A stretch of DNA of 64,000 nt. Origin: a virus. This document shows, piece by piece, positions 1 to 12,200 of the stretch (position 1 is the stretch's first letter; every line of letters starts with the position of its first letter). A program made the position numbers and the translations under genes. The DNA lies in the IMG/VR virus record IMGVR_UViG_3300023210_000011, positions 67,436 to 131,435 of that record; one strand, written 5' to 3'. The notes beneath the pieces are model-generated. The model was not told the DNA's origin. It ran no database searches and was given only the letters and a program-made list of their open reading frames with translations.

Positions 1-692
1 CCTGGCAGATCCGCCCCACTGCGGAGGACGAGCACACATTCTGTTCTCTGACCTACGCAGAGCAAGACCTCCTCGTCAACGAGACAGGCCTGGCGGTGCT
101 CATGCGCGTGACGGTCGGCGACCGCAAGGCGTATGGGCAGACCAACGAGCCGCGCATTCCCTCTCCTGCGCTGCTTGCCATCGATGTGGGCAGTGGGCGC
201 TTCCTTCAGATCCAGTTCGTCTCAGATCTCCCGTCGTCAGACCCTGCGAGCCGCACGTTCGTGTTCGTCTCCCAGGACGCGCAGGACTACCTCGAGGTGC
301 TCAACCCGCGCTCTGCGCTGGGACAGCTCATCTCGGCCCCCATCGACCTGTCGGAAGAGCACTTCATCCTGGTCGCGTATCGGCCGCGTGGGGGCATCCA
401 GGTCTTCTTGGACATGGATCCGGCCCCTGCCATCGATATCCCCTGGGGCGAGAAGGATGTGGTTGCGCGGGAGGACGTAGCGAGCGTGCTGACCGGAACT
501 ACCGTGTCTATCGGCTCGATCCCGACGATTGACGCAGGAAACGTGATGGACGTGGATGTGCGGATGATCGCGTCGTCCCGTGGATCGGGACATGATTTTG
601 CCGTTACACTGGCGGTGCCAGAGGCGGACCTCGAGGACAAGATCTACGGGGCGCAGGCCAACGTCTTCATCGATGTCACGGACACTGACTGA
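1..692 (+). CDS. Hypothetical virion/baseplate-region protein (5' end outside the window)
   Basis: Frame is open from position 3 to TGA at 690-692 and overlaps the next ATG (TGATG); the ORF track shows only 96..692. Confidence 0.7.
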   Translation, partial: WQIRPTAEDEHTFCSLTYAEQDLLVNETGLAVLMRVTVGDRKAYGQTNEPRIPSPALLAIDVGSGRFLQIQFVSDLPSSDPASRTFVFVSQDAQDYLEVLNPRSALGQLISAPIDLSEEHFILVAYRPRGGIQVFLDMDPAPAIDIPWGEKDVVAREDVASVLTGTTVSIGSIPTIDAGNVMDVDVRMIASSRGSGHDFAVTLAVPEADLEDKIYGAQANVFIDVTDTD

Positions 693-3600
693 TGCCGAGC
701 ACCCTCGAGACTCACCGCCTCGGCGTGGCCGACCTGAATCGGCGGCCAACCGCGCGAGTGACTCCCGAAGAGGCGACCGGCATCCTCGGCGCCATTCTGC
801 CCATCAGTGGTGCAGGTTCCACCCTCGAGGGGCAGCCCTTCGACGACATGGCGTACACCTGGACCCTCCGCGCCCCCATCGGGAGCGAGGCCGAGCTGCG
901 CTTTGAGGATTCTCAGCAGCAGGTGGCGCAGCTCGAAGGGGACATCACCGGGGTCTACATCGTCAGCCTCGTAGTCTCCGCCAATGGCCTGGACAGTGAG
1001 GCGGCAGAAGCTGCGCTCTTCTTCTCGGCCGCCACGGTACCTGCAGTCCGCCGTCACAATGTGCCGGGCGACTTCATGTTCTCGGTGCTGTCGGATTTCT
1101 GGCGCTTGGTGAACGACCGGGAGGTCTTTCCCATCGTCTGGTCTTCCTACACGCAGGCGGTGGCCTCAGACTACCTGCGGGCATTCCAGATCGATCGAGC
1201 GAAGTCGATTGCGACTGTTCAGCCGCTCTTCCAGGCGCGGTGGATCGATTTCAGTCCTGTAGTGGAGATCTCCGCACCCGAGGTGGACGCCATCTTTGGG
1301 TACCCGCAGAGCGGGACTGGAGCGTTCACTGGCAGCGTGACCTTCGTGGGGCAGGGGATTGTGGTCTCCCGGAGGGAGCTCCGCCTTCTGGGCGGGACCA
1401 CGTCTCTGGCCATCGGGACTGACCTCCAGATCTTCGCCGGCTCCAGTGCAGGCGAGTACCAGATCAACCGGCTGAGCGCAGATGAGCAGGGGTACGTGGT
1501 GTCGGGCTCGACTCCGCTTCCCGGGAAAGATGTGGTCTTTTCCGGTGTGGACCTGGTGGCCCCTGTCTCTTCCCTGGATGCGCCCTACGCGCCCAGCACG
1601 GACTTCGAGGCAGAAGGAGTGGAGGTTGGAGACTTCCTTTCCATCTCTACGGGCCGTAATGCCGGGTACTACGAGGTGACTGCGGTGTCCGGGGCGACCC
1701 TGGCCGTCTCCCCCTCTCTGCCGTTCCGAGGGTCGAACATCTCGTTCGAGTTCCTGCGTCCGGTGCGCTGCAGCTTCCTGCGTCCTGCGGGCGCCGCCAC
1801 CTCCACGGTCTACATCCCGTTCGACGAGGCAGATCTGACTGTCTACGACGCGCAGGATGTCCGCGGGGCCGGAGAGGTGGTGGCGCCGTACGAGATCACA
1901 GTTCAGGCAGAGCACGTCCTGGATTCCGCCCTCGGGCGGGAGCTTGTGATCCTCTCGGGGTCGCTCTCTGGGCAAAGATTCCCGATCTCTACGATCAACT
2001 CGGCGGGCTCTGGGTACATCGTCTCGCGCGCCATCCCACTGGAGACGTTCCCGGAGACCGTCCAGTACGGCTTTGTCGTGGGACGGGGGATTCAGGAGCG
2101 AATCCTGGCCCTCGATGGCGTTGGGCACCAGATCGCGTCGTACGAAGTCATCCGAGGATTGCCGCCAGAGGACGCCGGAGGTCGCGGAGACCTCTGGGCC
2201 GTGCGACTTGCCTCCGCGACAGCACCGGCCGGCGTAGAGGCGCTGCCGTGGCGAATCAGCCCCATCCTGAGATCCTCCGAGCAGGATTTCCAGGGCTTGG
2301 CGGTTCGTGCGGGAGATCTGCTCTACCTTGAGGTGAGCCGAGTAGACCTCGAAACCGCCACGCTGGTCCCCGCACAGGTGACGGGGGTGTCCGGGTCTGT
2401 AGTGGCGTTCGAGCTCGGAACGGGAGAGCTCGAGTACGGAACGGACGAGGACGGCAGGTACTACCGGGGTGAGCTCTCTGCCGAGGAGATTCTGCAGATC
2501 TCCGGAGATCTCTCCATCCCGACGGTGACAATCGGGTCCACGGATGAGGCGCTGCTGACCAACGCGGCGCTGGACATCTACGCCCTGCTGAACGGGTCTA
2601 CGTTCCGGCGAGAGATGTCCAACCTGCCGCTGGATCCGACTACATCGGTGGATCTGGGCGGGTTCTTCACGATTCGCGTGTGGCCGAAGAAGATCGTGCG
2701 GAACTCCGCCATCCCGCTCCTCGACCTGGTTGATCCGATCTACTCGGTCCCCGCCCTGTTCGAGTACCCCACAGCAGAGAGCGTGGCAGAGACCGCAGAC
2801 GGCTGGCAGATCACCTACGAGGATCGGACCTCTGCCCTGCTGGACCGTGAGCCCGTACAGATGGTCGAGAACTCCGACTACCTGCTGGTCGGTTCCACGG
2901 TCTCTGGTGCCGCGCTGAGTACGACATCGGGTAGCGCCCGAGTCTCCATCGCAGACGTAGACCTTGTGTCCTCGGGCATCCGTGGTGGGGATAGCTTGGA
3001 GCTCCTGACGGGGCTTAGCAAGGGCACCTTCGTGGTTCGCGCGGTGCTGTCGGCATCGGATCTACTGATCACCCCTCGGGATGTGGATGGCCGCTACCCC
3101 GTGGCCACAGAGTCCGCGGTTGAGTTCACCATCTCCCGTGCGGAGGCGGTCACTACCCTTGAGATGGTGCGCAGCTTCTCTCCCTCGAGCCCTGCTCCAG
3201 AGGTCTTGTGGGCGCCGCTCGTCCTGCTGGAGAACACTCGGTACATCGAGGACAACTTCGGCCTCATGGTTGGGGCGGAGCGGGCAGATCTGGATGCGTT
3301 CGGCACGACGCAGATCACCTACCGCTCGGCGGTCGCGGGCCTCATGTACGCATGGGCGACCGGGCCAGTGCTCAGAAGCGCGGAGATCGGGGCGCACATC
3401 CTGGGAGATCTGCCGGTGACGGAGAAGCTCTGTGAGATCGTGGAGATCAACACGGAGTACACAGAGAACTACGGGCGCGTCCTGGTGGAAGAGCTCAACA
3501 ATGAGGGGACCGGGACAGGCCTTCTCCAGAGCTACCGGTACCGCCGTTCAGATCTCTACAGCCTCGCCACCTTCCGGGGCCTGGCACTCAACCCCGAAAC

Positions 3601-5455
3601 GGGGCTGACCTTCGCGGAGGGGGACATCCTCGCCCCGTTCACCCCACTCACGAACAGCATCCTGGTCACAGATCGGATCGAGCGCCCAAACTGGTGGCGC
3701 GAGTTCTCGGATGTCGCAGGAAGCGTAGAGCTCCAGAAGTACCACTCCTGGCAGGTGGAGGTAGATCTCCAGGCCACGGACTCGAGAGACCTGCCGCTGA
3801 TCGCGGACTTCCTGGGGAAGATTCGCCCGATCTACACCAAGCCCACAGTGCTCGGTGTCCTGTCTCTCTTGGACACAGTGACCGTAGAGGACGATCTCTC
3901 GTTCATCCTCGACGCGTTCCTCTACGACGATCCCGCGTTCAGCAGGCAGTCGAGCCACATGTTCGACGACTACAGCGGCAGCAGCCTGGCGCTACGTCGA
4001 GTGGACTTCGGGAGTCAGAGCGTCCGTTCGCTGTTCCAGGGAGATGACCTGGTGATGAGTGCCGGCTCAGGGGTGCTCACGTCTGCCCGTGGGGGGTTCC
4101 TCACAGGGACAGTGGGCGACGATGTCACCCTCCCGTACATCAACCGCATTTTTGAGGACGAAGTCCAGATTCGTGGAGAGGGCTTCGTGCGTGCGGGAGA
4201 CCACTTCTTCATCACCTCCGGCCCAAACCGGGGCCGCTACGAAGTGTCCACCGTAGACTCTGACACGCAGGTCACGGTGGTCCAAGCAGATGGAGAGGTG
4301 CCCCGAAGCCTGGAGATCTCCGCAGTCCAGGACGACTCCGAGGCGTACTTCCACATCGTCCGAGACACGAGCCCGATTCTGTCCACGGGAACCCTGACTG
4401 CGATCGACGCGAACACCGTCGTGGACTCCAGCGCGACGTTCCGGTCAGATGGGGTGACCTCGGAAGACCGGCTCATCGTGCTGTCCGGCGCCAACCAGGG
4501 GGTGTACCGGATCTTCGCAGCTGGGGTGTACGACCCCACCCCTGAGATCTTCGTAGATCAGGAGACAAAGCTCACCCTCGAGACTGAGCTCCCCGATTCT
4601 GGGGATCTGGAGGACTACCGGATCGAGAGGTGGGCGCTGGGAGCCAACCCCGTCTTCTCCTCCGCGGCTACCGGCACCATCGGGGGAACCATCATCACCG
4701 CTACGGATGTGTCGCTGTACGATGTCGAGCGGGATGACCGAGTCGTAGACCAGGCCTCCGGCGCGGTCTACCGGGTGATTGCCACTGTTGGGGATGAGAT
4801 CTTCGTAGACCGCGCCCTTGAGGCGACCATCGCAGGCGACATCGAGGTCAACAAGCTGGTCTTCGAGGGAGACGGGGATGATAGCGACTACCGCCTCGAG
4901 CGCCTCATGGGGTACGACCTGCTTGAGATGGACATCTACTGGCCCCTGACCCTCGTGGATACCTTCGTCTCCATGACGCTGACCATCGACGGGGACGTGG
5001 CGGATGCCGGAGCTGCGCCTTCTGCGGTGGCGGGAGACGTGCTCATCCTCCCGATTGAGTGGACCGACGCCGACGCCGACCTCACACCCGACCCTGACGA
5101 GGTCACCACAAGCGTGTCCCACGGGGCGTACCGGATCACCGGCATCTCCGGGAACGAGATCACAGTTGACTCGACCTTCCCCGGGGTAGAGGTGGGGGTC
5201 ACCCCCGAGTCCGGGGTTCCGGGGTACACCTACACTCCTGCAGCCTCCTTCCAGGTCACCGGGACCGGAGACACGATCGCCTGCGCAGACGACGTGGAGA
5301 TCTTGGGCGTGCGCCCCGGAGACTTCATCGAGATCGAGGATTGGACGGTGGCGATCTTGGGGGTCAGTGGGGCGTACCTGACTCTGGCGGAGACCACAGA
5401 TCTCACGATCGGGGCCTCCTACACTGGTAGAATCTTCAGGAAGGAAACTCCGTGA
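692..5455 (+). CDS. Large baseplate wedge-like / tail structural protein, 1587 aa
   Basis: Long ORF with strong G/C third-position codon bias. PKD/Ig-like N-terminus (YTWTL...GVYIVSLVVS), helical segments (FWRLVNDREVF..WSSYTQ; NFGLMVG..YRSAVAGLMYAW) reminiscent of wedge proteins, and repeated GDxLxIxxGxNxGxY beta modules. Confidence 0.6.
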   Translation: MPSTLETHRLGVADLNRRPTARVTPEEATGILGAILPISGAGSTLEGQPFDDMAYTWTLRAPIGSEAELRFEDSQQQVAQLEGDITGVYIVSLVVSANGLDSEAAEAALFFSAATVPAVRRHNVPGDFMFSVLSDFWRLVNDREVFPIVWSSYTQAVASDYLRAFQIDRAKSIATVQPLFQARWIDFSPVVEISAPEVDAIFGYPQSGTGAFTGSVTFVGQGIVVSRRELRLLGGTTSLAIGTDLQIFAGSSAGEYQINRLSADEQGYVVSGSTPLPGKDVVFSGVDLVAPVSSLDAPYAPSTDFEAEGVEVGDFLSISTGRNAGYYEVTAVSGATLAVSPSLPFRGSNISFEFLRPVRCSFLRPAGAATSTVYIPFDEADLTVYDAQDVRGAGEVVAPYEITVQAEHVLDSALGRELVILSGSLSGQRFPISTINSAGSGYIVSRAIPLETFPETVQYGFVVGRGIQERILALDGVGHQIASYEVIRGLPPEDAGGRGDLWAVRLASATAPAGVEALPWRISPILRSSEQDFQGLAVRAGDLLYLEVSRVDLETATLVPAQVTGVSGSVVAFELGTGELEYGTDEDGRYYRGELSAEEILQISGDLSIPTVTIGSTDEALLTNAALDIYALLNGSTFRREMSNLPLDPTTSVDLGGFFTIRVWPKKIVRNSAIPLLDLVDPIYSVPALFEYPTAESVAETADGWQITYEDRTSALLDREPVQMVENSDYLLVGSTVSGAALSTTSGSARVSIADVDLVSSGIRGGDSLELLTGLSKGTFVVRAVLSASDLLITPRDVDGRYPVATESAVEFTISRAEAVTTLEMVRSFSPSSPAPEVLWAPLVLLENTRYIEDNFGLMVGAERADLDAFGTTQITYRSAVAGLMYAWATGPVLRSAEIGAHILGDLPVTEKLCEIVEINTEYTENYGRVLVEELNNEGTGTGLLQSYRYRRSDLYSLATFRGLALNPETGLTFAEGDILAPFTPLTNSILVTDRIERPNWWREFSDVAGSVELQKYHSWQVEVDLQATDSRDLPLIADFLGKIRPIYTKPTVLGVLSLLDTVTVEDDLSFILDAFLYDDPAFSRQSSHMFDDYSGSSLALRRVDFGSQSVRSLFQGDDLVMSAGSGVLTSARGGFLTGTVGDDVTLPYINRIFEDEVQIRGEGFVRAGDHFFITSGPNRGRYEVSTVDSDTQVTVVQADGEVPRSLEISAVQDDSEAYFHIVRDTSPILSTGTLTAIDANTVVDSSATFRSDGVTSEDRLIVLSGANQGVYRIFAAGVYDPTPEIFVDQETKLTLETELPDSGDLEDYRIERWALGANPVFSSAATGTIGGTIITATDVSLYDVERDDRVVDQASGAVYRVIATVGDEIFVDRALEATIAGDIEVNKLVFEGDGDDSDYRLERLMGYDLLEMDIYWPLTLVDTFVSMTLTIDGDVADAGAAPSAVAGDVLILPIEWTDADADLTPDPDEVTTSVSHGAYRITGISGNEITVDSTFPGVEVGVTPESGVPGYTYTPAASFQVTGTGDTIACADDVEILGVRPGDFIEIEDWTVAILGVSGAYLTLAETTDLTIGASYTGRIFRKETP

Positions 5456-5634
5456 GGCACAAGGACGTCCCCAAGGTCCGAGACTCCCTCCTCATCCAGG
5501 GCGGTACTCGCGGCGAGAAGAGGGGTGGGCTAAGATCGGAAACCGGCGGACCCGTCGATCCCGCGCTCATCGCGAAGAACTTCGGTGTCAGCCTCGAAGA
5601 AGCCGAAGAGATCAGCCGGAGGCTGTCCCGATGA
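5452..5634 (+). CDS. Small hypothetical protein, 60 aa
   Basis: GTGA overlap with the upstream stop and ATGA overlap with the downstream start (coupled on both sides). Confidence 0.65.
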   Translation: MRHKDVPKVRDSLLIQGGTRGEKRGGLRSETGGPVDPALIAKNFGVSLEEAEEISRRLSR

Positions 5635-6254
5635 ACCTCAACTTCCTGAAGCTGCTCCCGTTCTTCGGAGCCAAGACTCTCGAAGACCACAAGACGGCCC
5701 CCGCGATCGAGGGATTCGTCAAGATCGAGACCCGAGAGGGCGGGAAGCGGCGGCAGTACGTCGAAGGAAAGAACATCTGGACGCTCACGGGACGTGAGTA
5801 CCTCTCGGAGCTCATCGCTCTTCGTGTGGTCACGCCGCGTGACACCTTCCGGAATGACCGAATCGCCTTCATCGGCATGGGAGGGGGATCTCAGGCGGAG
5901 GTGGCGAACATCAGCAGCCTGGTGGATCCCCTGCCCTACGCTCCCGCGGAGTTCCTGGCGAGAGTCAAGACCCCGGCGACGTTCCCGGCCTCGGCATCCT
6001 CGTCCGCCCGCACAGCGGTGCGCTTCGTGCGTGAGTACGGACAGACAGAGCTCAGTCTCGGTGCCACTGCCATCCTGACGGAAGCCGGTCTGTTCACCGA
6101 TGGCGACCCCGACAGTGATTGGGACACCTCGTCCCCGATCACAGGATTCAGTGCCAGCTCGGATCGTGCGCCCATGGCGTACAAGACCTTCGAGCCGGTC
6201 AGCAAGACCAGTGCATTCACCCTCCGGGTGATCTGGGAAGTGAGGTTCCTGTGA
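5631..6254 (+). CDS. Tail-collar / tail-fibre attachment-like baseplate protein, 207 aa
   Basis: Pattern N..T.GR..L...IAFIGMG.G...VRF....EAGLF...AYKTF.PV.KT..F.L.V.W.VRF resembles phage tail-collar fibre N-terminal domains; lies between two large tail genes. Confidence 0.55.
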   Translation: MNLNFLKLLPFFGAKTLEDHKTAPAIEGFVKIETREGGKRRQYVEGKNIWTLTGREYLSELIALRVVTPRDTFRNDRIAFIGMGGGSQAEVANISSLVDPLPYAPAEFLARVKTPATFPASASSSARTAVRFVREYGQTELSLGATAILTEAGLFTDGDPDSDWDTSSPITGFSASSDRAPMAYKTFEPVSKTSAFTLRVIWEVRFL

Positions 6255-9200
6255 GCGACTACACACGCCGCCCGTTCCTGGCGAGCCAGACCGACAAGGT
6301 CATCCTCTCCGAGCCGGTCATCTTCGGCGTCGTCCACGTCAATGTGGATGGCGACTACGACGACATGCCGGCGTCCGGGACGCTCGAGCTGGCCATCGAG
6401 ACTGAGTCCACTTCCAGTCCGACCATCGAGACCCAGCAGTGGGACGCCGCGGTCGATGACGTGTCTCTCGCAGGGCTTGTCGCGGCGATCAACGACTCTG
6501 GATCTCCGCTCTACCCCTTCGTCGAGGCCAGCGCCTTCGAGGGGGTCCTGCGCCTGGCGTCCAAGCAGACTGGCTACCTCTCGGCAGGAAACCCTGCCTA
6601 CCTGACCATCCACCCGCAGACCTCGGGTAGCGGTGTCACGGACCTCGGGCCGCTCGTAGGGTTCGCGCTCTCGCCGCACCCGACCGCCACTGTCCGGGCC
6701 GGAGATCTGGCGACATCCTCCGTGCGCGCCATGACCCAGGGGAACCGCCCCGGGTCGGTGTTCATCGCCCGAGGGGAAGACCGCACCGGGGAGAACTTCA
6801 ACCGCGCCCTGCATCGCCTGGCGATGAACCTCGACAACCACGAGGTCAAGCTGGTGCGGGATGTGGCGGTCCCGGTAGCCCTTGAGATCCCGGAAGGATC
6901 ATCGCGTTTCCGTACCGACGTGGCCACGGGGCAGATCCTCGGTGTGGAGCTCACGATCGGCTTCGGGGATGACCTCGACTCGGTCTTGGCCACCGGCATC
7001 TACGTGGGCGGCCCCGCCCATGATGCGTCCATCGACGAGATCTCCAAGTTCTACTCCGTCCTGGATCCCGACTGGAACGAGATCTCCGTGGTCTCCCACG
7101 ACGACCCAGGCCCCGGGGACGTGAAGGACACTGTGGTCCGAGTGGGCACAGTTGCCTACGTCCCCTCGTCTCCTCCCGGCTCCTACGCCGACAGCGACTT
7201 CGAGCTCGACGGATCTTCGCGCGCGGCCCTGTCCAACGACCCCACGTTCGACTCCTACCGCTCCGCCTTCCAGGACTCCTCGAATCAGCCGGGCAAGGCC
7301 ACCAGCGTCATCACGGAGATCGTGGATGGCGCCACAGTGGTCTGTGCGACCGCTACCTTCGAGACCGACCTGGTCGAAGCCGGCGACATCGCGATCATCT
7401 CGAGCTCGGGGGTCTCCAGCCCCATCAACCACGATGGCGAGTACATCGTTGATGTGGTGGTGTCTGAGACCGAACTGATCTTGCGTCCAGTGGACGAGGA
7501 CTCTCTGCATCTCCTGACCGACGATGGGCTGGGAAACATCGAGATCCGTCCCAACGGTGAGTTCGAAACCAGTCTGTACCTCGGCTTTGAGCCGCCGCTT
7601 CCTCGGGTCCCCTCTGGCGGAGTCAAGGTCATCCTGGGCATGCAGGACGGCTTCGGAGACATGCCGCGGGACTTCCTGCTGGTGCCCGCTGTCAACTCAG
7701 CTGACGAGGTCGATGGCTGGGTCCTGAAGAACCTCTTCCGTGCGCTCAACCTGCAGGGCATCTACGACGGGCAGGGACAGGACAAGGGCTCCGGGTTTCA
7801 TGCGGACGCCACGCATCGTCCTCTCACGATGCACTCCATCCCCGAGGCGAACTCTCCGTCCTCCGTCCGGACGGGGGCCTCTGGGACCATCCAGGCCGGC
7901 TCAAACTGGTTCACCATCGGCACAGGTGACGAGTTCACCCTGCCCGATGTGGGACGATCGTTCACGTTCACGCTGTCCGGCACGGAGCACCACGACTGGC
8001 GGATCTCTCGACTGATCGACGCGCGTACCGTGGAGCTGGTCCCTCCCCCGCATCAGATCGGTACTGTCCTGGCCACGGGCAGCGTCAGCGCCTGGGAGAT
8101 CTTCGATACGATGCTGCCGGACTTCCAGGCAGCCATCAGCTCGGTGACAGAGTCCGCCCGAGCCGGAGGATTCCACCACACGAAGGTCAACGACGGAACC
8201 TCGAGTGGTGACCTCTCCTTCGCCCACCTCGAGCACATCACTGAGTTCGAGGCGTTTGGCTCGAGCGTGGGGGCCGTCAGTCTCCCCACCCTGACTGCGG
8301 CGCTGTCTGGCGACGAGCTCACGTTTGCAACAGTGAACGTGGATGACTGTCCGAGCATCTTCCCGATCTCGGCCCATGCCTCTTCTCGGCGGAACGACAA
8401 CATCCGTGGAGGCGTCAGCTTCGCCAAGCTGACCTCTGGCACGGATGTGGGGCTGTACCTGGTCTACTCGACGCGCATCAGCGGGTCGGGGTCCATCGTG
8501 AAGCTCCAGAACCTGGACGGCACCTCCCCCAGCTTCGCGGCCGGGAGCGAGACCGTCTCGTTCTACACGCTGCGCGCTGGGTTCGGGGTTCCGCTCTTCG
8601 GCGGTGCAGATGACGCTGGGAGGGCGGCCCTGTCCCTCTTCGAGGACGGGGTGCAGAAGGGAGGGGATTCGTACGCCCTTCGCGCGGGCTGGGCCGGTCC
8701 TGGTGCGGGCGTTCTGGTCACCGCGAATGACTCCTCGTTCGAGGCGCTGCTCGCTACAGCGACGGACAAGGGCGCAGTGGGCCCCACCCTGAAGCTCGTC
8801 GCGTACGCCCCTGCCTACGGTGCGGATGTCGAGGTCCGCGGAGACCACTCGAGCTCGTCTGCGCAAGGCCGGGGCGAGTACGGCATCAAGATCGTGGTCG
8901 AGACCTACGCCCACGACATGAGCCAGGCGGACTCCACGTGGAGTGACGGCCTGCGTGGCGCTGGCGTGCAGGCGGTCCAGGAAGGGCTGGACCCCGCAGG
9001 CTCCTTCATCCGCAGGGCCGGCGGTAGCGGGTCTGTCGCGCTCCTGTACCCGGCCACCCTGTTCGTGGCGTCGCTGGGCGAGATCGACCATGTGGGCGCT
9101 GCCACGGGCATGACCCTCGTGGGAGACCTGTACCTCCCAGGCCACCAGTCCTCGGGCATCTACACCGGGGGCTCCGGCACCTTCAACGAGCTCCGTCCGG

Positions 9201-12200
9201 GCTACACCGATCTGGATGTCGATCCCCCGACCTTCTGGGGAGACGGCGCCGCCTGGCTGGGCGGTCCATACCTCCTGGCAGATGTGGGGTCCGTCACAGT
9301 CGCCGATCCCGACTACTCGCGGTTCAACTTCGACCACGACTTCGTCGTCGATCTGACCCGTGCAGACGCGCCAGATCTGGATGCGCGTTCTCCGGCGGAA
9401 ATCGTCCACATGGGGATCCGACTGGACCTGAGTGGCACTCCCTTCGGCGGGACCATCCTGGGCGTGTGGGACAACGGTTCCGGGGTGTACCGGATGGCAG
9501 TGCGTGCCCAGACGGGCACCAGCCACACCACAGGAACCCACGACATGAAGGCCTACGGCCGTCGGTGGTTCTACAGCTACATCGATATCGCGAACTACTC
9601 GGAGATCGGTACGGGCGTCATCGCCCCCTACCAGGATCCGGGCAGCTCGCAGACATCGAACACCGTCAGCACCTCCTCGATCCCGGCAGTCATGCCGGAT
9701 GTGGATCAGGGGCAGGACGGGGCCGGGGGTCTGCGCCCGCTGATCACCTACGACTTCGGAGACGGCTCCGCTGGGTTCGACTACGGGAAGCTGAACATCT
9801 CGACCCCGGATTCCGCGGGTCTGGGAGATCTGCTCTCCCTCTTCTCCTTCGGGCAGCGGTCTGGAGAGAACCTGGCGGACTACGCCACGGCGGTCGCGTC
9901 CAACGACGCGCGAGATGAGGACGCATGGCGGAACCTCGCGGGGGCGCTGACTTCGGCGATTGACGGGCACGTCTCCACTGCGCGTGCGGAGATTGGAGGC
10001 CCTGCTCCCTTCGTCAAGGGACAGGTGCCCTCTTCGCGGGATCTCCTCCGGTACGAGATGTTCTGGGACACGGATGCTGCCCTCGATCCCGCCATCAGCG
10101 GCTCCGCCCACGTAGAGGTGATCCCTAACGATGGGGTGCGGACCTTCGGCGGCTGGTCGTACTCGGCAACCCCACACTTCTCCGGAGGTGGTTCGAAGAT
10201 CGTGGTCTCTCGTGACCGTGCCGATGCGGATGCCGGCTACGTCTACCTCTACCTGAAGCTCGCACGCTCCATCGTGGAGGGGAACCTCGCGTTCCGGGTG
10301 CTCGTAGATGCCCTCCAGTTCAGCCTGGTGGACAAGAACATGATCGTGGAGATCGTGGAGGGCACCTCGGGGTCCACCGTTCTGGCTTCCAAGACGATCT
10401 CGGTCCCCACTGGCAACAACTACGACAGGTTCGTGATCGACTTCCTCGAGTGGACACCCGAGGATGAGCTCTCTCGGACAGACCAGGATGTGTTTCTCCG
10501 GATCTCGGCGTACCTCCACGGGCCCGCGGTCGTGGAGGCCGCAGGAGACACGTTCATGGGGGACGGGAGCTCGAACGGAGCTCCTCCCCTCTGGTACTTT
10601 CGGGGCATCAACGTCCACCCGCTCGAGCAGGGGCTCTTCAAGGGGAACCTGACGCTGCAGGGTGTGCTGCGGGCCGCCGGCCTGCGGTCGCATACTCCGA
10701 TTCTGGGCCACCAGGTCGTGGGTCCGAGCTCGGTGCAGCTTCTCCAGAACGTAGGCTACGGAGACCGGGAGTCTGACGCGGATACCTCGAGCTACGCTCG
10801 GACAACGGGAGACACGCCGACGATGCCGACCTTCGCGTCGGTGACGTACTCTCCTCTGAGTGACCCGGGAGGCATCCAGGAAGGTTCGAACGTCGGCACC
10901 CTGCCCATGTTCGAACTTTCGAGTCCTGTCCGGACGATTCAGGGCCGCGATACCCAGCCGCACAGCAAGCTGGCGTACTCCTACTCACGCTCGGACTACA
11001 CCGACGGGGGGCTGGGGGCCAGTGCGTGGGGGGACACACAACCGGATCTCGACTACGGATCCCAGAACATCTCGGTGCTTGCCGGCGTCTTCAATAGCGA
11101 AGGAAGTTCGCATGATTACACGTTCACGGCCGGCACGTACGTCATGCACACGTTCGTCGGAGTCCCGGGAATCTACGACCGGACGGATATCCCCGGTGGC
11201 GAGGTAGGCAGTCACTACCTGGACGGGACCCTGAAGATCCCCAACACGGCACGGTGGGGCTACGCAGCCTTTGCCCAGCCCCAGCTCATGTTTACGGGAG
11301 ACGGCGGGTCCCCCGGAACCAAGGGCCCTGCGGACGCAGACGTCCTCCACCTGTCCAACCATGTCGGCACGGTGGTTCGGTACTACCGGCCCAAATTCGA
11401 GTTTGGGTCGTTCTTCAAAGTGGGCTCTGGCAGTGCAACGGTTGACGCGTACCACCCGTACTTCGATCCCTTCTTCTACTGGGCGTACTGCGCCTCTGGG
11501 GTGGCAGACCGCTTGTCGGACGACGAGAAGGAGCACCTGGTGGAGACGTACGGCCTTCACGCCGACTTCTTCACAGACGTAGATCCCGATGGGAAACTGG
11601 GCTCCATGGTGCTGAAGGACCTGGTGGCCGAGGCAGACTACCGGGTGAACCCCGACTTCTGGGACATGCCGGGGCGCACAGGGTTTGTGATTCCTCTGGA
11701 TCCTCCGCATGGGGCCCTCCTCAGCCAGCTGGAGGTGAACCTCTCGTTCATCGCAGCCGATGGGCGCTCGCGAAATGCCGACGGAGAGTACTCAGCGTCA
11801 TCCTCCTTCTCGGTATGGAGGTCCAGCCCGGACAAGGATGCCCCCGCGTCGGAGTGGGTTGATCCCACAGCCTGGCGGGAGCGAGAAGGGGTGATTGTGC
11901 GTCTGTGGCGCCACAACCTCTTCGGAGAATTCGGGGCGCAGGCCCCCAACACAGGAGCATCCGGGGTCAGCAGCCCCTCCTCGGGATTCGCAGAGCTCTT
12001 GGCGGAGACGGAGGTAGATCTCAGCTCGACCACCGCCACCGCTGTTTCTGAGCATTTCGAGCTGGCGGTCGCCGAGCTGGCAGCGAACACTGCGCGAGTG
12101 GTAGACCGTCGCCGGTACAGCTATCACGCCACCGTAGAGTTCTATGTGGGGTGCCGCCGGGAGGCTCCGGACGGTCTGGAGATCCCCGGCCTGGGCTCCG

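Noticed and set aside
7901-10963. 1020-aa minus-strand ORF and many other long antisense or alternate-frame ORFs in the track
   Set aside because: Shadows of real genes in GC-rich DNA: Arg/Pro/Gly-rich, no motifs, and entirely inside better-supported ORFs.
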